60,108 bases of DNA from Eledone cirrhosa (lineage: Eukaryota). Shown here piece after piece: positions 25,165-39,188 of the stretch (its first letter is position 1; every line of letters starts with the position of its first letter). The stretch is taken from positions 1-60,108 of the forward strand of contig CAXHJY010001541.1 of assembly GCA_964016885.1 (NCBI GenBank), read 5' to 3'. Both the position numbers and the translations under genes were made by a program. Below the pieces are notes generated by a model. It was not told the DNA's origin. It saw only the letters and a program-made list of their open reading frames with translations, and did no database searches.

Positions 25165-25777
25165 TCTAGATATCTAAAACAGAGAATGTCTGCCTGACTC
25201 CCTAAAACTCGAGAACCACCCAACCGATTTTTTTCAAACTTTACATATGTAATACTTATGGTCGTGTGAGTGTTTTGAGCAAAGGAAATTCAAATTTTCA
25301 ATGCCCTAGGGACCGCATTAGGCGATTTAGCGACCTCTCTATGTAATTCTTAGTCTTTCCTTTTAGATAGATACATAGCTACAACGTCGCGCCCTTATAA
25401 TATATGTCTGTATGTCTGGCTGTCTGCATTACATTATGACGCTGTGTGTGTGTATATATATATATATAGTGTGTAACGTTTTTCGAAATATTTACTTCTG
25501 TGTTCACAGATTGATTTTTTTTAGTTTCAGAAGATCCCGTTAAGAGTGAAAGCAGTGATTCTTTGCTTAAACTTTAATCTCTTATTTTAATATATATATG
25601 TATGAATGAAGTAATTCCGTCGGAAAGGTCCAGGAAAAAAGAGTGCTCTATGTTGCATAGATAATAACAAAATATAAACAAACGTATTTATTTCACGAGG
25701 TTCGATAAGGATAAATATATATCAAATATATAAGAACCCTAGAGCGAATCCCGAGCAACGCCAGGCCATTCTACTAG
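25165..25777 (+). mobile_element. Non-autonomous Helitron
   Basis: 5' TC preceded by A; 3' CCCGAGCAACGCCAGG hairpin-like motif then CTAG followed by T. Confidence 0.75.
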
Positions 25778-26504
25778 TATCTATTAAAATTCATTTTTGG
25801 TTAAAATTTCGCGAGTTCTCTCCCTTAACGATTGCGAGAACAAATTTTCATTAAAGCCATTTCTTTTCTTATTAAAGCTGTAATTGCAATTAATTAAAAA
25901 TTATTTTCAGCTCAATGCATTAAGTATTATAGTCAGCTATTGCTGGATAATTGTAATGATCCAAATTTCTTAGCTGTAGAAATGAGCCATATGCAATTGC
26001 TAGTAAATATATGATAAATTGTAAGCTTGTCCTAACCCATCATATTTTGCTAATTTTGAAGTTGGTATACACTTTAATTGTTACTAAATAACAAACACAA
26101 TTCATGTCATTACACCTACCAAATTTCCCACCGTGTAGGATGCTATATATATATATATATATATTTTTTTTTTTATAATTCTGGAAAATTTACCATATCA
26201 TGGAGACAGACGGTTACATTAGTTAAATTATTGTTTTTCCAAAATTTCAGCAATTCAAAATAGGGCCGCATCCATGAGATCTTCAATACTAGGAAATATA
26301 TTTTTGTAATGATAACCGATTACTTTGATAAATCTGAAACAAAAAGGGGTATGGCAGCTGTAAAGTTAAAATGTCAAACTACTGGTCAGCTATTCTGATG
26401 TAACAAAACATGTAACTCTACATATCTGGCTAACAGCCATTCCTACTTTTTTGTTTTAGAAGAGCATAGAACTATAAAAATCATCTGCTCTGCTTATGCA
26501 GGTG

Positions 26505-26728
26505 GACCCGTAACTCCTGATGGAGTTATAGGGGCATTTTAAACCTGACAGAGCCCATCACCTTTCTAGGTCTGAACATAGCTGATTTCTTCCAGAGAAA
26601 TAGAGAGAAATTGATGGAGAGGCAGTGAGAAAAAAAGATATAGAAGAATTGACCCAGTAGTGCTGGACTGGGACTTTTTTTTATTGACCTCGAAAGGATG
26701 AAAGGCAAAGTTGATCTTGGTGGATTTG
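26505..26728 (-). mobile_element. Meta-type SINE, long-tail subfamily, 5'-truncated
   Basis: Similarity to 13400-13707. Confidence 0.6.
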
Positions 26729-27346
26729 TTAATTGTTGGAAGGAAAATCTAATTAAAAGTGAATGCAGTTGTTAGGAGGAAAGATTGAGACAAATTTATT
26801 CAGTAAAGAAACTGAGATTGTGAAAACATTAAAGTGAGAAATGACAAGTATGTGGGGAGGCAGAAGGTAAGTAAAATAAAAGAAGCAGAGACCATTGCAT
26901 TTATTGGGGGGGGGGGGGGGGGGGGGCTTGGTTTTCTATAGCAGGATGCCTTTCCCAACACCAGCCAACCACTTTACAGCATATAAATAACCAAACTCCA
27001 GAAACTTTAAACTATACTAATAGCAAATTATCACTGGTTATTTAGTTCATTTCAGCTTAGTGGAACACTACACCAATATTAAACATCTAAGTCCATCATA
27101 TTAACTCCCCTGAAGGACATATGTTGATACTACAACCAAAGTTCAACTGACTGTCAGTTAGATATCTTACAATTACCAATAACAAACACAATTTTTATAT
27201 AACACTCAAATACTTTTTGTAATGACATGCTTCCTGAAATTCGCCAAAACTACACCTAATATTCCCCCTCCACACATACACAAACATGTGTCTGTGTGTG
27301 TATATATCATGACTCATACACTGTTCACTTTCCTGACTTTTGTACA

Positions 27347-27537
27347 TGGCAGTGGATTGGCAATATCGGTGGAGCGTCGGACGCCATGCTTTGCAGCATA
27401 GAGTTGTGGCCCTTTGAGTTCTGATTTCAGATCCCGCCGAGGTTGACTTTGCCTTTCATCCTTGCGGGGTCGATGAAGTGAAGCACTAGTGGTGCACTGG
27501 GATGGTTGCTGACCTTGTGCCAAAAGTAGAAACAATT
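27347..27537 (+). mobile_element. Meta-type SINE
   Basis: Same subfamily as 59-245 in plus orientation. Confidence 0.8.
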
Positions 27538-27604
27538 CTATGTACTATACATGCACCTTCGATGAGTTGTAGTGCACCTGAGAACTGTACACAATAATTT
27601 TCAT

Positions 27605-27650
<46 letters not shown>

Positions 27651-28340
27651 CACCACGCAATAGGAGTGAACTTGGGACGTAATGACTGTTAATAATAATT
27701 TCATTACTTCCCTGACATTTGTATATTATTCTATGTACTATACATGCACCTTTGATGAGTTGTAGTGCACCTGAGCACTGTACACATAAGTATCTAAAGT
27801 ATTTTCTAACTGAGCTTTTCAATCTATTGTATTGTTGTGACTTATCATCTTCTGAGTTTTCAATATATTCATGTTTAGTAGTCATGTTTAGTAGTCAATC
27901 ACCTTTACTCATGATTCCCACATTTTCACAAATACCAACATTTAAAAAAAGTACATAAGTAAACAAATTAATTAAAAAATATATCTTTAATTTCAATTTT
28001 CTGTTTTGTTTTGTTTTAAATTATGACAGTATGAAAGAGAAAAGATGTTACAAAAGGAGAACAAATACACATAATAGAAATGGATATGTAACATAACACA
28101 GATCAGTGATTCCGAATCTGAGGTCTATGTCCTGGTAGCAGACCGTTGGAGGTATGTGAACTTGTTGAACAACAGATCTTTCAAATGCCTGTGGTCCGTG
28201 AGAACATTCTGGAGTCCTTGGTAGTGAAAAGGTTGAGAACAACTCAAACAGAATAAAAGCTCATCGAGTAGACAATCTTTCAAAAGCATGTGGTCCATGA
28301 GAAAATCCATTTAAATAAATGGAGTCCTTGGTAGTTGTCT

Positions 28341-28372
28341 TCAGAAAATCAAACGTTTTGCAAGGGAACTAC
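28341..28372 (-). CDS. CDK7: Cyclin-dependent kinase 7, last coding exon ((G)SSLAKRLIF*)
   Basis: Acceptor ttttatttgtag; phase 1 matches the upstream exon; the peptide matches the CDK7 C-terminal GGLPKKLIF motif. Confidence 0.85.
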
Positions 28373-29032
28373 CTACAAATAAAATCATTTTTTTACATTT
28401 ATTATAGTGATGATAATGATGATTACATTTTTTCTTTTTAATGTTTATCAATATGAAACTAAAAGCAAAATCCCCAGCAAAGTGAGATTTGAACAATCAT
28501 AATTCTAAATATACACAACTTAGCTCTGTATCCTCTATTTCCAATAAGAATATGGGGAATACACATTTTTGATGTTCATGCCTTTTCTTAGAAAATAAGT
28601 AATGTGTTGTTGTTCTATAGAAATAAGTGTGTAAAAGATGTGAAGTTAAAATATCAGAGTACTCAGCACATTGTGATAAGTTCAAATCTTATTACTACAG
28701 CTATTCTAATGTAAAATAGCCATTCCTATTTTTTTGTTTAAGAAGAGCATCAAACTATTAAAAAAATCATTATATAGTGCTGCCGTTACTAACACACACA
28801 CATACAGTGCTGCTGCTACATACCTTTGACCACCACCCTTTCACTCCTTTCCCATCCAACCCATGCATACATGGAAAGCTGGACACACTCCACACCCTGC
28901 ATCATCCAAGACAGTACGTACCAGTAAGCCCATATATGTTACATTGATACTGCTGGTTTCTATATCAGTGATATATATATAGTATATAGAGGTATATATA
29001 ACATGTAATATAGTGGTATATATACAGTATAT

Positions 29033-29298
29033 CATCATCATCATCATCATCATCATCATTTCATTTTACGTCCACTTTTCCCTGCTTGCAAGGGTGGGAC
29101 GGGAACTGATTCTGGCTTGATTTCTACAGCTGGATGCCCTTCCTAACACCAACCTCATTTACAGTGAGTGCTGGGTGATTTTTGGCGTGGCACCTCCATG
29201 TCCACTTTGCAGTGGAATTATAAGGACCCCAGTCCCTATCATCTCATTTCTACAGCTGAGTAAACTGGAGCAATGTGAAATAAAGTGTCTTGCTCAAG
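29033..29298 (-). mobile_element. CORE-type SINE with RTE-derived tail, 5'-truncated
   Basis: Near-identical to the 3' part of 39189-39531; (GAT)n tail. Confidence 0.85.
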
Positions 29299-29624
29299 GT
29301 ATATATAACATGTTAGAGGTATATATAACATGTAATAATGAATTTAAATGCAATAAAGCTAATGACAATAAATTCTTAAAGAAAAAAAAGTACTTTTTCA
29401 ATTCTGTGAAAGCAGAATGGTATCCTATACTGGTACGATTTTAGCTTGTTTTTATGCTGCAAAAGAAGGAACCCAAGGCCTGAAAGAGCCCACAAAAACG
29501 AACCCACCCCGGAAAACAACATTTTTTTTTTGTGAGACTATTCATATCTGTAGAAGTTTGTAAGTAGGAGACATACTGTATAAATAAATGTTAAAGAAAT
29601 CTTGGAAAAAAGATAACAACTGAC

Positions 29625-29760
29625 CAGAATTATCAATTATTTTTCTTTTCATTAATTTCCTTGGGTCTTGATCATCTTTATTTGATTTCTGTCTCGGTCT
29701 CGGTAAATCACTACCACGACTAGGAGCTGGCTGATTGCTGAAGTAGGGCATCTGTAAGGC
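29625..29760 (-). CDS. CDK7: Cyclin-dependent kinase 7, penultimate coding exon (ALQMPYFSNQPAPSRGSDLPRP...MKRKIIDNS)
   Basis: Acceptor ttaatttttcag and donor gtcagt; 136 nt. Matches CDK7 ALKMKYFSNRPGPTPG.QLPRP...KRK. Confidence 0.9.
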
Positions 29761-30200
29761 CTGAAAAATTAAGAATAGAAAGAAAAACAAAAGATTTATC
29801 TGAGAAGGGAAAAAACTAGTTATACCATTGACTCAATTTTCCTGTTTTATTTACAATATGTTCTTGGATCATCACTTTATTACCAAGTTCTGTATGAATG
29901 TAAGGAATGCATGTTTGTGTGTTGAACAATGAAAATAAAACAAAAGTCAAAGGCTGTTGATTAGTTCATTCTTTTATGATCGTTTCAGAGGGTTGATTGA
30001 TCATGGTAGGTCGATATCTTGACGAACAAATAGTGGTTATGGCACTACCTGTTTCAAGTCTCAAAATCCTTGATCTATTGCACCCTCTTCCTCAGAAACA
30101 ATCGATAAAACATCTCTTCAAGGCTACATTGAGTTCTAAAAACACTATTGGCCTTGGCTCCCACCATAAACAGGTAGAAAGTGATATATATCATCATCAT

Positions 30201-30382
30201 AACCCATGCTAGCGTGGAAAATGGACATTAAACGACGATGATGATGATGATGATCATCATCATCATCGTTTAACGTCTATCTGCCACGCTAGCATGGGTT
30301 CAGACGGGAATTGTCCCACGTGAGGTAAGATTGGTTGTCTTGCTGGTATAGGACTGTCTGGCGGATTTTCTACGGCTGGATG
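30201..30382. mobile_element. Two RTE-type 3' ends joined tail-to-tail at (GAT)n/(ATC)n
   Basis: 30201-30252 (+) and 30253-30382 (-) both match the RTE 3' end at 53105-53243. Confidence 0.75.
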
Positions 30383-30421
<39 letters not shown>

Positions 30422-30509
30422 ATACATATATATATATACATATATACATATATATATATACATATATACATATATATATACATATATACATATATATATA
30501 CATATATAC

Positions 30510-30542
<33 letters not shown>

Positions 30543-30571
30543 CATATATACATATATATATACATATATAC

Positions 30572-30604
<33 letters not shown>

Positions 30605-30649
30605 CATATATACATATATATATATACATATATATATATACATATATAT

Positions 30650-30680
<31 letters not shown>

Positions 30681-30719
30681 TACATATATACATATATATA
30701 TATATACATACATACACAC

Positions 30720-30752
<33 letters not shown>

Positions 30753-31101
30753 ATATATATATACATACACACACATATATATACACACACATATACATAC
30801 ATATATATATACATACATATATATATACATACATATATATATATACATACATATATATATACATACATATATATATATACATACATATATATATATACAT
30901 ATATACATACATACATATATACATACATACATATATACATACATATATACACACACACATATATATACACACATATATATACACACATATATATATATAC
31001 ACATATATATATACATATATATATATATACATATATATACATATATATATATATATACATATATATACATATATATATATATACATATATATATACATAC
31101 A

Positions 31102-31183
<82 letters not shown>

Positions 31184-31630
31184 CATATATATACATATAT
31201 ATATACATATATATACATATATATATACATATATATACATATATATATACATATATATACATATATATACATATATATATACATATATATACATATATAT
31301 ATACATATATATACATATATATACATATATATACATATATATATATATATATACATATATATACATATATATATATATACATATATATATACATATATAT
31401 ACATATATATATATATACATATATATATACATATATATACATATATATATATATACATATACATATATAGATATACATATATATATATATACATATATAT
31501 ATACATATATATACATATATATATATATATACATATATATATACATATATATATATAGATATACATATATATATATATACATATATATATATACATATAT
31601 ATATATATACATATATATATATAGATATAC

Positions 31631-31663
<33 letters not shown>

Positions 31664-31670
31664 GATATAC

Positions 31671-31753
<83 letters not shown>

Positions 31754-31820
31754 CATATATATACATATATATATATACATATATATATATACATATATAT
31801 ATATACATATATATATATAC

Positions 31821-31889
<69 letters not shown>

Positions 31890-31936
31890 CATATATATAC
31901 ATATATATATATATATACATATATATATACATATAC

Positions 31937-31990
<54 letters not shown>

Positions 31991-32074
31991 ACATATATAT
32001 ATATATATACATATATATACATATATATATACATATATACATATATATACATATATATACATATATATATATAT
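30383..32074. repeat. (TA)n/(TACA)n array, 1.7 kb
   Basis: Direct reading. Confidence 0.95.
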
Positions 32075-32150
32075 AACTTTGAAATGTTTTGGCCAGTATT
32101 GGCCCAGGCCATGTCTAACTTAATAGCACCACCTGGCGAAGTCTTTCAAT

Positions 32151-35100
32151 TCAGGATTTGGGCACCATGGCCCATTCGAGAAGAGAATTACTGTTTGCGG
32201 AGACATATCCGGGTGTGGGTGGTTTGTCCGGGATTACTTGGAGGAATTTGTCCAAAGACTTCTTGAATTTTGTGTGGTCAGTTTCTGTTTTGACGTGTCC
32301 TGGTGTGATGTTGAAGAGAGCAGGGCCGATTGAGGTGAAATAATTGTGCCGTATTGTTGTTATGAGTTGCGATTTAGATTTTTGAATGGGACGGATAGCA
32401 CGGGGCCCAAGCCTTGGGTGTATCTTGAAGGCGATGCCAACATCATTTGGGCAGTGATGATGGAACATTTTCCACATCATGCAGATAATATAACGCTCAC
32501 GGCGACGTTGGAGTGAGTAAAGTTTCAGGTTTTCCAATCGACCCCAGTAGTCAAGGTCTGACATGCCATCTATCTTTTTCGTGATTGCCCTTTGAGGAGC
32601 TTCAAGTTTCATGATACTTTGTTTCGTGTGGGGAGACCACAGTGGACAACAGTATTCAAGGTGTGGTCGGGCGAAAGTAGAGAAGAGAAGGATAATGGTG
32701 CGGGAATCTCTCGACTGGAAGGTTCTGAGGATCCAGGAACACATTCTGCGGGCCATGTCAACTTTGCTGCTTATATGCGTGGTCCAGCTTATGTTGCTGT
32801 CCACGGTTACTCCCAAGTCTCTGATGTTGTTAGATGCCACGAGAGTTTCCCCGGAGGGAAGGGAGTACGGGAGTTTCAGAGCATCCTCTTTTCCAAAGTG
32901 GATCAGTTCGAATTTGTCTTCGTTCAGTAACATGTTGTTCTTTTCTGCCCATTGGGTAACAGCCAGTAGGTCTGACTGAAGGCTTATCCGGTCATCCACG
33001 CCATTGATGACCTTTTGGAGCTTGGAATCATCAGCGAAAATTTTAATGTTGCTGTGTTTGATGATGTCAGTGATGTCATTAATATAGATGATGAAGAGAA
33101 GTGGGCCCAACACAGTGCCTTGTGGGACTCCACTACTGACTTTGGCTGGGCTTGATTTGACTCCCTCAACTACAACATGTTGGGTTCTGTTTGACAGGAA
33201 GCTCTTGATCCACTGCAGCAGCTTTCCAGTGACACCAATATTGGACAGCTTTCTCAGTAGAATGTTATGATCAACCCTGTCAAAGGCCTTGCTGAAATCA
33301 AGGTAGATAACATCAGTGTTGGAACCCTCTCCCAAGGCTCTCAAAATGTCATCAAAGTGATGCAGTAGTTGCGTCAGGCAATCCCTTCCATTACGGAATC
33401 CATGCTGGTTGGAGTTCAGCATATTGTTACTCTCAAGGAAGTGGGTCATTCGCGATCTCACCACTCGCTCAAATACCTTAATGATATGAGAGGTGAGTGA
33501 GATTGGACGGTAATTCACGGCAAGGGATTTGTTTCCCTTTTTGAAAACTGGGACAACAGACTGGGATAGAAGGTTTTCTGGCACATATCCAGCATCCAGT
33601 GAGTTCCGCCACAGATTGGCAAGAGGAGAAGCAAGTTGGTGTTGACACGCCTTCAAGACACAAGCAGGGAACCTATCGGGACCTACTGCTGAATTATGCT
33701 TGATTTCCTTTATTGCCGCCAAGACATCAGGGGCGCCAAACGTTATGTCCGATAAGGTGTAATGGGGAGTAACATCGCCGATACAGCCCAGATCGGCCAT
33801 ATCAGGATTGCTGAAAACAGAGCAGTATTGTTTCTGCAGTATCTCACCCATGGTTTTAGCATTGTCTTGAAGAGTGCCATTTTCATCAATTAGAGGGCCA
33901 ACAGTAGAGCCAGTGATTTTGTGTTTTTTTGCAAATGAAAAGAACACTTTGGGATTGAGTTTGATCTTCTCAATGGCCCAGGCCTCTTCAGCTCTTCTCT
34001 GATTGTTGATGAGGGACATTATGTTGTTTTGGAGGTTATGTTTTTTAATCTCTAGTGATGAAATGGCAGTCAAGTTGATGTGTTGCTGCTGACAGTATTT
34101 CAGCTTGTTGATTTTTTTGTTCGTTCTCTTAATTTTTCTGATGAGCGTTTTTCTATTTCTAGGGATTCTGCTCTTAGATTTGTTTATAGTTCTTAATGGG
34201 GTGTGTTTAGCACATATGTTTGTAACAGTGTCCACAAATGTCGGCCAGGACTTTTTGATGTTAGTGGGTGTATGAGTGTGCGTGAAGGACCAGTCGACAT
34301 GTGCAAGATCATGACTGATCGCTTCCCAGTTTGCATTGTGGAAATCCATAGCGTCAAACGGATGGACAGGAGAGATGACATTGGGTTTGTATATTGGACG
34401 GTGGAATCTCAGATCACAGAGAACCATGTCATGATCAGAGAGTAGAGTTTTCTCCACTGCAATATTGTGGATATTGTCAGTGTGATTGCTGAAAATTAAG
34501 TCTAGGACGTTTTTGTGGCACCTCGTTGGTTCGAGCACTAGTTGGGATAGGAAGAAATCATCCATGAAGTCAAGAAGCGATTCCACAGCTTCCCTGTCAG
34601 AGGTTGAGGCAGAAGAACCTGGTGGCAGAGTGTTTGTGGACCAGTCAACTCCGGGGAGGTTGAAGTCCCCCATCATTAAGATGTTGTCAGGGTGACACTC
34701 TTGGATGAAACACTTTATGCTGTTGAGGCATTCCTTGAAGCATGGTACAGGCGTTTGGGGTGGCCTATAGAGCCCAACTACTAATAGGTTGTTGGTTTGA
34801 CTGAATACAGTGACTGCCTCACAGTATCCATTAGTGAATATGTTCATAGCCTCTGTTGAGAAAGAATTATGGACATAAATGGCAGTTCCGCCCTTTCTTC
34901 TGCCAGTGCGATCAGCACGGATGGCTTTGAAATTTTTCACTTTCACCTCGGCTTCCAAGTGGAGGTTACTGAGATGGGTTTCAGTGAGGACGAAGAAAGG
35001 GATGTGGTTTGGATGGACATCAATCCAGTCCTCCAGGAATTTGATCTTCCATTTTTGAGTATTGGTGGAAGGGCTGATGCCTTGGGCGTTAAGCAAAAAT

Positions 35101-35171
35101 GTAGAGGCGAGAGTGGATGGTTTTAATTGTTTTGGTGTGTTGTTAATTTGTTTGTTTGTTAATGGCAGCAA
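32151..35171 (-). CDS. LINE ORF2: APE endonuclease and reverse transcriptase (no upstream ATG)
   Basis: LTETHL, YRPP, MGDFNLP, SDH; [31 protein letters not shown]; no stops over 1006 codons. Confidence 0.95.
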   Translation of the reverse strand: MLPLTNKQINNTPKQLKPSTLASTFLLNAQGISPSTNTQKWKIKFLEDWIDVHPNHIPFFVLTETHLSNLHLEAEVKVKNFKAIRADRTGRRKGGTAIYVHNSFSTEAMNIFTNGYCEAVTVFSQTNNLLVVGLYRPPQTPVPCFKECLNSIKCFIQECHPDNILMMGDFNLPGVDWSTNTLPPGSSASTSDREAVESLLDFMDDFFLSQLVLEPTRCHKNVLDLIFSNHTDNIHNIAVEKTLLSDHDMVLCDLRFHRPIYKPNVISPVHPFDAMDFHNANWEAISHDLAHVDWSFTHTHTPTNIKKSWPTFVDTVTNICAKHTPLRTINKSKSRIPRNRKTLIRKIKRTNKKINKLKYCQQQHINLTAISSLEIKKHNLQNNIMSLINNQRRAEEAWAIEKIKLNPKVFFSFAKKHKITGSTVGPLIDENGTLQDNAKTMGEILQKQYCSVFSNPDMADLGCIGDVTPHYTLSDITFGAPDVLAAIKEIKHNSAVGPDRFPACVLKACQHQLASPLANLWRNSLDAGYVPENLLSQSVVPVFKKGNKSLAVNYRPISLTSHIIKVFERVVRSRMTHFLESNNMLNSNQHGFRNGRDCLTQLLHHFDDILRALGEGSNTDVIYLDFSKAFDRVDHNILLRKLSNIGVTGKLLQWIKSFLSNRTQHVVVEGVKSSPAKVSSGVPQGTVLGPLLFIIYINDITDIIKHSNIKIFADDSKLQKVINGVDDRISLQSDLLAVTQWAEKNNMLLNEDKFELIHFGKEDALKLPYSLPSGETLVASNNIRDLGVTVDSNISWTTHISSKVDMARRMCSWILRTFQSRDSRTIILLFSTFARPHLEYCCPLWSPHTKQSIMKLEAPQRAITKKIDGMSDLDYWGRLENLKLYSLQRRRERYIICMMWKMFHHHCPNDVGIAFKIHPRLGPRAIRPIQKSKSQLITTIRHNYFTSIGPALFNITPGHVKTETDHTKFKKSLDKFLQVIPDKPPTPGYVSANSNSLLEWAMVPKS

Positions 35172-35764
35172 TGGGAGTTTGTGCAGTGGGGTGATAGTGG
35201 AGGGTGGTGCTGGGTGATAGCTCGAATGTTTTTTTCCAGTTCTTTTGCCAGATTCATTATGGCTAAAAAAGAGGAAGAAGTTTCCTGTTTAGAAGACTGT
35301 TGGTGACTGTGGTAGTGGTTATTTTTATGTAGGTTATGGTTTTTGTTTTTGCTTTTATTTTTAATTTTATTTTCATTTATCCGACGGGTCCCCGGGAGAT
35401 GGGTAAAGGGACAATCCCGGTCTAAACACAATCTGTCTCGCAGGGAAAAACGGCAGATTTGTGGATTCCTTGTTTGAGTTATTGGTGGTTGTGTTGGTGT
35501 TAAATTAGAGTATGTATTATGGTGGTGGCTGTTTGTGGGGATAGATCGTTTTGTCCTAGGTAAATGGGTGAATTTGCAGCCACTATCCGTACATATTCTA
35601 TAGCGTAGAGAGTAGCGGCAAATGATGGGGTTTCGAGTGGGTGGGTATGTGGGTGTGTGTGTTGTGAGAGGTGTAGATGATGGTTTGGGTAGGATTTGAC
35701 GACCTTTGTGGACTGTGGGAGGGAGAGTTCTTGTTCTGGTATTAGAAGGTAAATTCCTTGACAT
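35159..35764 (-). CDS. LINE ORF1, 201 aa, two CCCH zinc fingers
   Basis: Starts MSRNLPSN at the first ATG in the element. [19 protein letters not shown] and [19 protein letters not shown] (C-x8-C-x4-C-x3-H). Confidence 0.8.
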   Translation of the reverse strand: MSRNLPSNTRTRTLPPTVHKGRQILPKPSSTPLTTHTPTYPPTRNPIICRYSLRYRICTDSGCKFTHLPRTKRSIPTNSHHHNTYSNLTPTQPPITQTRNPQICRFSLRDRLCLDRDCPFTHLPGTRRINENKIKNKSKNKNHNLHKNNHYHSHQQSSKQETSSSFLAIMNLAKELEKNIRAITQHHPPLSPHCTNSHCCH

Positions 35765-36078
35765 AGCAGTAGACAAAAATGTTGTAGTAGTAGTAGTAGT
35801 AGTAGGCAGAGATGTTGGCAGTGGTGATGATTGGACTGCTGGGCCAGAGAAAGGATGTATATATATACATATATATACATATATATATATATATATACAT
35901 ATATATACATATATATATATATACATATATATACATATATATATATATACATACATATATATATATATACATATATATACATATATATATATATACATAC
36001 ATATATATATATATACATATATATACATATATATATATATACATATATATACATATATATATATATACATATATATAC

Positions 36079-36125
<47 letters not shown>

Positions 36126-36136
36126 CATATATATAC

Positions 36137-36287
<151 letters not shown>

Positions 36288-36425
36288 CATATATGTAAAG
36301 TTATATTTAAAATTGTTGGGTTACAACTAGTAAATATTTATAACTGATATAAAAGCACTCGACAAATATTTGGAGTATATTTACAATATTAAATAAATGG
36401 AAAACTATATTTATAAAACCATATT

Positions 36426-36491
36426 TATTTCATTATATATATTTCGGGGATATCATATTAACAATATGCTATGCCTTCATCAGACAAAATA
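36426..36491 (-). ncRNA. Type I hammerhead ribozyme (family B)
   Basis: Reverse complement of 38554-38619. Confidence 0.85.
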
Positions 36492-36583
36492 CAATATAAA
36501 CAGTTTTATAGATAAATATATTCAACATACCGTAATAAACATCAGCTTCATTTGAAGAGGTTTACGCTAGCAGTGAAAATACC

Positions 36584-37111
36584 TACTCATCCACCAAAAA
36601 TTTAGCACAAAATATTAATAGAATAAATAATAGGAACTTAAAACCTACTGATAATAGCATAAATAATATACAAGTTAACAAATGTAACTGTAGAGATAGA
36701 TCTAAATGTCCGTTAAATAACAACTGCTTAGTTAAAAATATAGTATACAATTGTAATGTTAATACTGACTCTAATTCTTTTAACTACGTCGGTTCCACAT
36801 TGACGGAATTTAAACTTCGCTATAATAACCACAAGAATTCTTTCACAGATCCAAATAAAAAATCTTCAACGGCACTATCAGGGGTACTCTGGCAACTTAA
36901 GCTAGATAACGTTAGATATTCGACGGCTTGGAATATAGTCTCAAGAGGGATTCCTTTTAATTCATCCTCTGAGACATGTGACCTCTGCGCAGAGGAGATA
37001 TTCTTTATACTAAAATCTAAAAATTCCCTTAACCTACGGACAAATTTATTCAGTTGTTGCAAACATAGATTAAACTCAACGTTTAAATATAAATTTAAAT
37101 TTAAAATGTAG
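36584..37111 (+). pseudogene. PLE C-terminal Cys knuckle and GIY-YIG endonuclease (5'-truncated, open frame)
   Basis: YSSTKNL...CNCRDRSKCPLNNNCLVKNIVYNC...YVGST..FKLRYNNH..SF...CDLC.EE...CKH; colinear with the C-terminus of 48997-50820. Confidence 0.9.
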
Positions 37112-38553
37112 TATATTTAGTTTGATTTATATTTATATGAGAACTAGCCGATAAATCTTTTGATTCCTAAATCTTTGATTCCCTCTTTTTACTCTTTTTA
37201 TTGTTTATTTTATTTTATTTATTTTTATTTTTTATCTAAACATTCCTCATGAAAAATTAAGCTACCCTAAAAGCCGATGCTCCAAATTTTTTGAATTAAC
37301 CTTACACTAGATAAACTTCTATATTAAATATAGGAACATATGTAGACATTATTGGACATCATAATCTTTTTGCGATATTCTTTGCTAGATGTGATTTGAT
37401 AGATAATTTTTGGCTTTGTCTTGTAGTGAACTTGGCAATATATTGTCAATTAACTTTGAAGGGTTGTTTTTGTGGTTTATTTTTATTTTCATTTTTATTT
37501 TTATTTTTATTTTTATTTTTATTCTTTTAGTATTGTAGTATTCTATAATATTTTTATTTTTTATTTTATTTTTAATATTTTTATATGTAAATTTTTAATA
37601 CGTAATATTTTTTAATACGTAGTATTTTTAATATGCAATATTTTTATTATGTAATATTCTTTCGTAATATTTTTTTAGTTTTCTATTCTATATTTTTATA
37701 TATTTTTACTTATTATTATTATTATTGTTATCTTTGTTTATAATATAATATATATTTTCGATTAGTATATTGAAATCTGCTCTCTATTTCTGCTTGATAG
37801 ATAATCTTGTAGAGTAATCGCAAGAATAATAATACGCTCAAATTTTTATACCACATTGAGAATGTTTTCCGGTAACTTAGAGTTTGCGGAGTGAATCAGT
37901 TGGATTCACATTGATGTTTGTAGCTGTCACATAAACATATGAATTTTTTAAAACTAAACATAAGATAATGAATTTTCACACATTGTGAATACTTGTTTCA
38001 TTCAGGAATACTGATATTTACAATATAGTGTAAGTTTTATAAATACTAATACATTAAAACATAGGGTTTTCTACGCCTCGAATATGTCTGGCTATTTTTA
38101 AATTTTTTTTTTTTTTTTTTTCTCTCTCTATATCTCTCTATATCTCTCTATATATCTCCCTTACATTAATACTTGAGCTAAATAATTAAATAAATAAATA
38201 AATAAATGTATCATTGATACACTTACTCAAAATGACCTCCCACTACCTAATTTTCTCTATATATATATGTATCTATCTCTATTTCCTCTCTCTATATATA
38301 TATATATCTCTTTCTGTCTCTTTACATGAAGCTCTTCGCTTTATCTATTTTTCCATCTCTCTATTTTGTTCCATGCATTTCTTCTTTTTCTTTTTCTTCT
38401 TTTTCTTCCTTTTCTTCGTTGTGTCTTTCTTTCTTTCTTTTTTCCCTCTTTTCTTTCTCTCTGTATTTTCACTGCTAGCGTAAACCTCTTCAAATGAAGC
38501 TGATGTTTATTACGGTATGTCGAATATATTTATCTATAAAACTGTTTATATTG

Positions 38554-38619
38554 TATTTTGTCTGATGAAGGCATAGCATATTGTTAATATGATATCCCCG
38601 AAATATATATAATGAAATA
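38554..38619 (+). ncRNA. Type I hammerhead ribozyme (family B)
   Basis: Stem I TATTTTGT/ATGAAATA; CTGATGA 38562-38568; stem II GG.ATA.CATATT/AATATG.TAT.CC; GAAA 38600-38603; stem III ATATATAT; AUA site. Confidence 0.85.
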
Positions 38620-38670
38620 AATATGGTTTTATAAATATAGTTTTCCATTTATTTAATATTGTATATATAC

Positions 38671-38701
<31 letters not shown>

Positions 38702-38844
38702 CATATATATATACATATATATATATACATATACATATATATATATACATATATATATACATATATATATATAAATATATATATACATATATACATATAT
38801 ACATATATATACATACATATATACATATATATACATATACATAC

Positions 38845-38875
<31 letters not shown>

Positions 38876-38922
38876 CATATATATATATATACATATACAT
38901 ATATATATATACATATATATAC

Positions 38923-38957
<35 letters not shown>

Positions 38958-39002
38958 CACATATATATATATATATACATATATATACATACATATATAT
39001 AC

Positions 39003-39077
<75 letters not shown>

Positions 39078-39078
39078 C

Positions 39079-39125
<47 letters not shown>

Positions 39126-39140
39126 CATATACATATACAT

Positions 39141-39174
<34 letters not shown>

Positions 39175-39188
39175 ATATATACATATAT

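Larger units (their letters stand above)
32075..35857 (-). mobile_element. Apparently full-length CR1/L2-group LINE inserted in (TA)n
   Basis: About 90-nt 5' UTR, ORF1, intact ORF2, and a 76-nt 3' UTR with a TGGCC/GGCCA stem-loop; no poly(A). Confidence 0.9.
36295..38663 (+). mobile_element. 5'-truncated Penelope-like element (family B) with an inverted terminal repeat at its 5' end
   Basis: Arms 36382-36582 and 38463-38663 (201 bp, 1 mismatch seen), an 87-nt left extension, a GIY-YIG ORF remnant and (TA)n on both sides. Confidence 0.9.
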
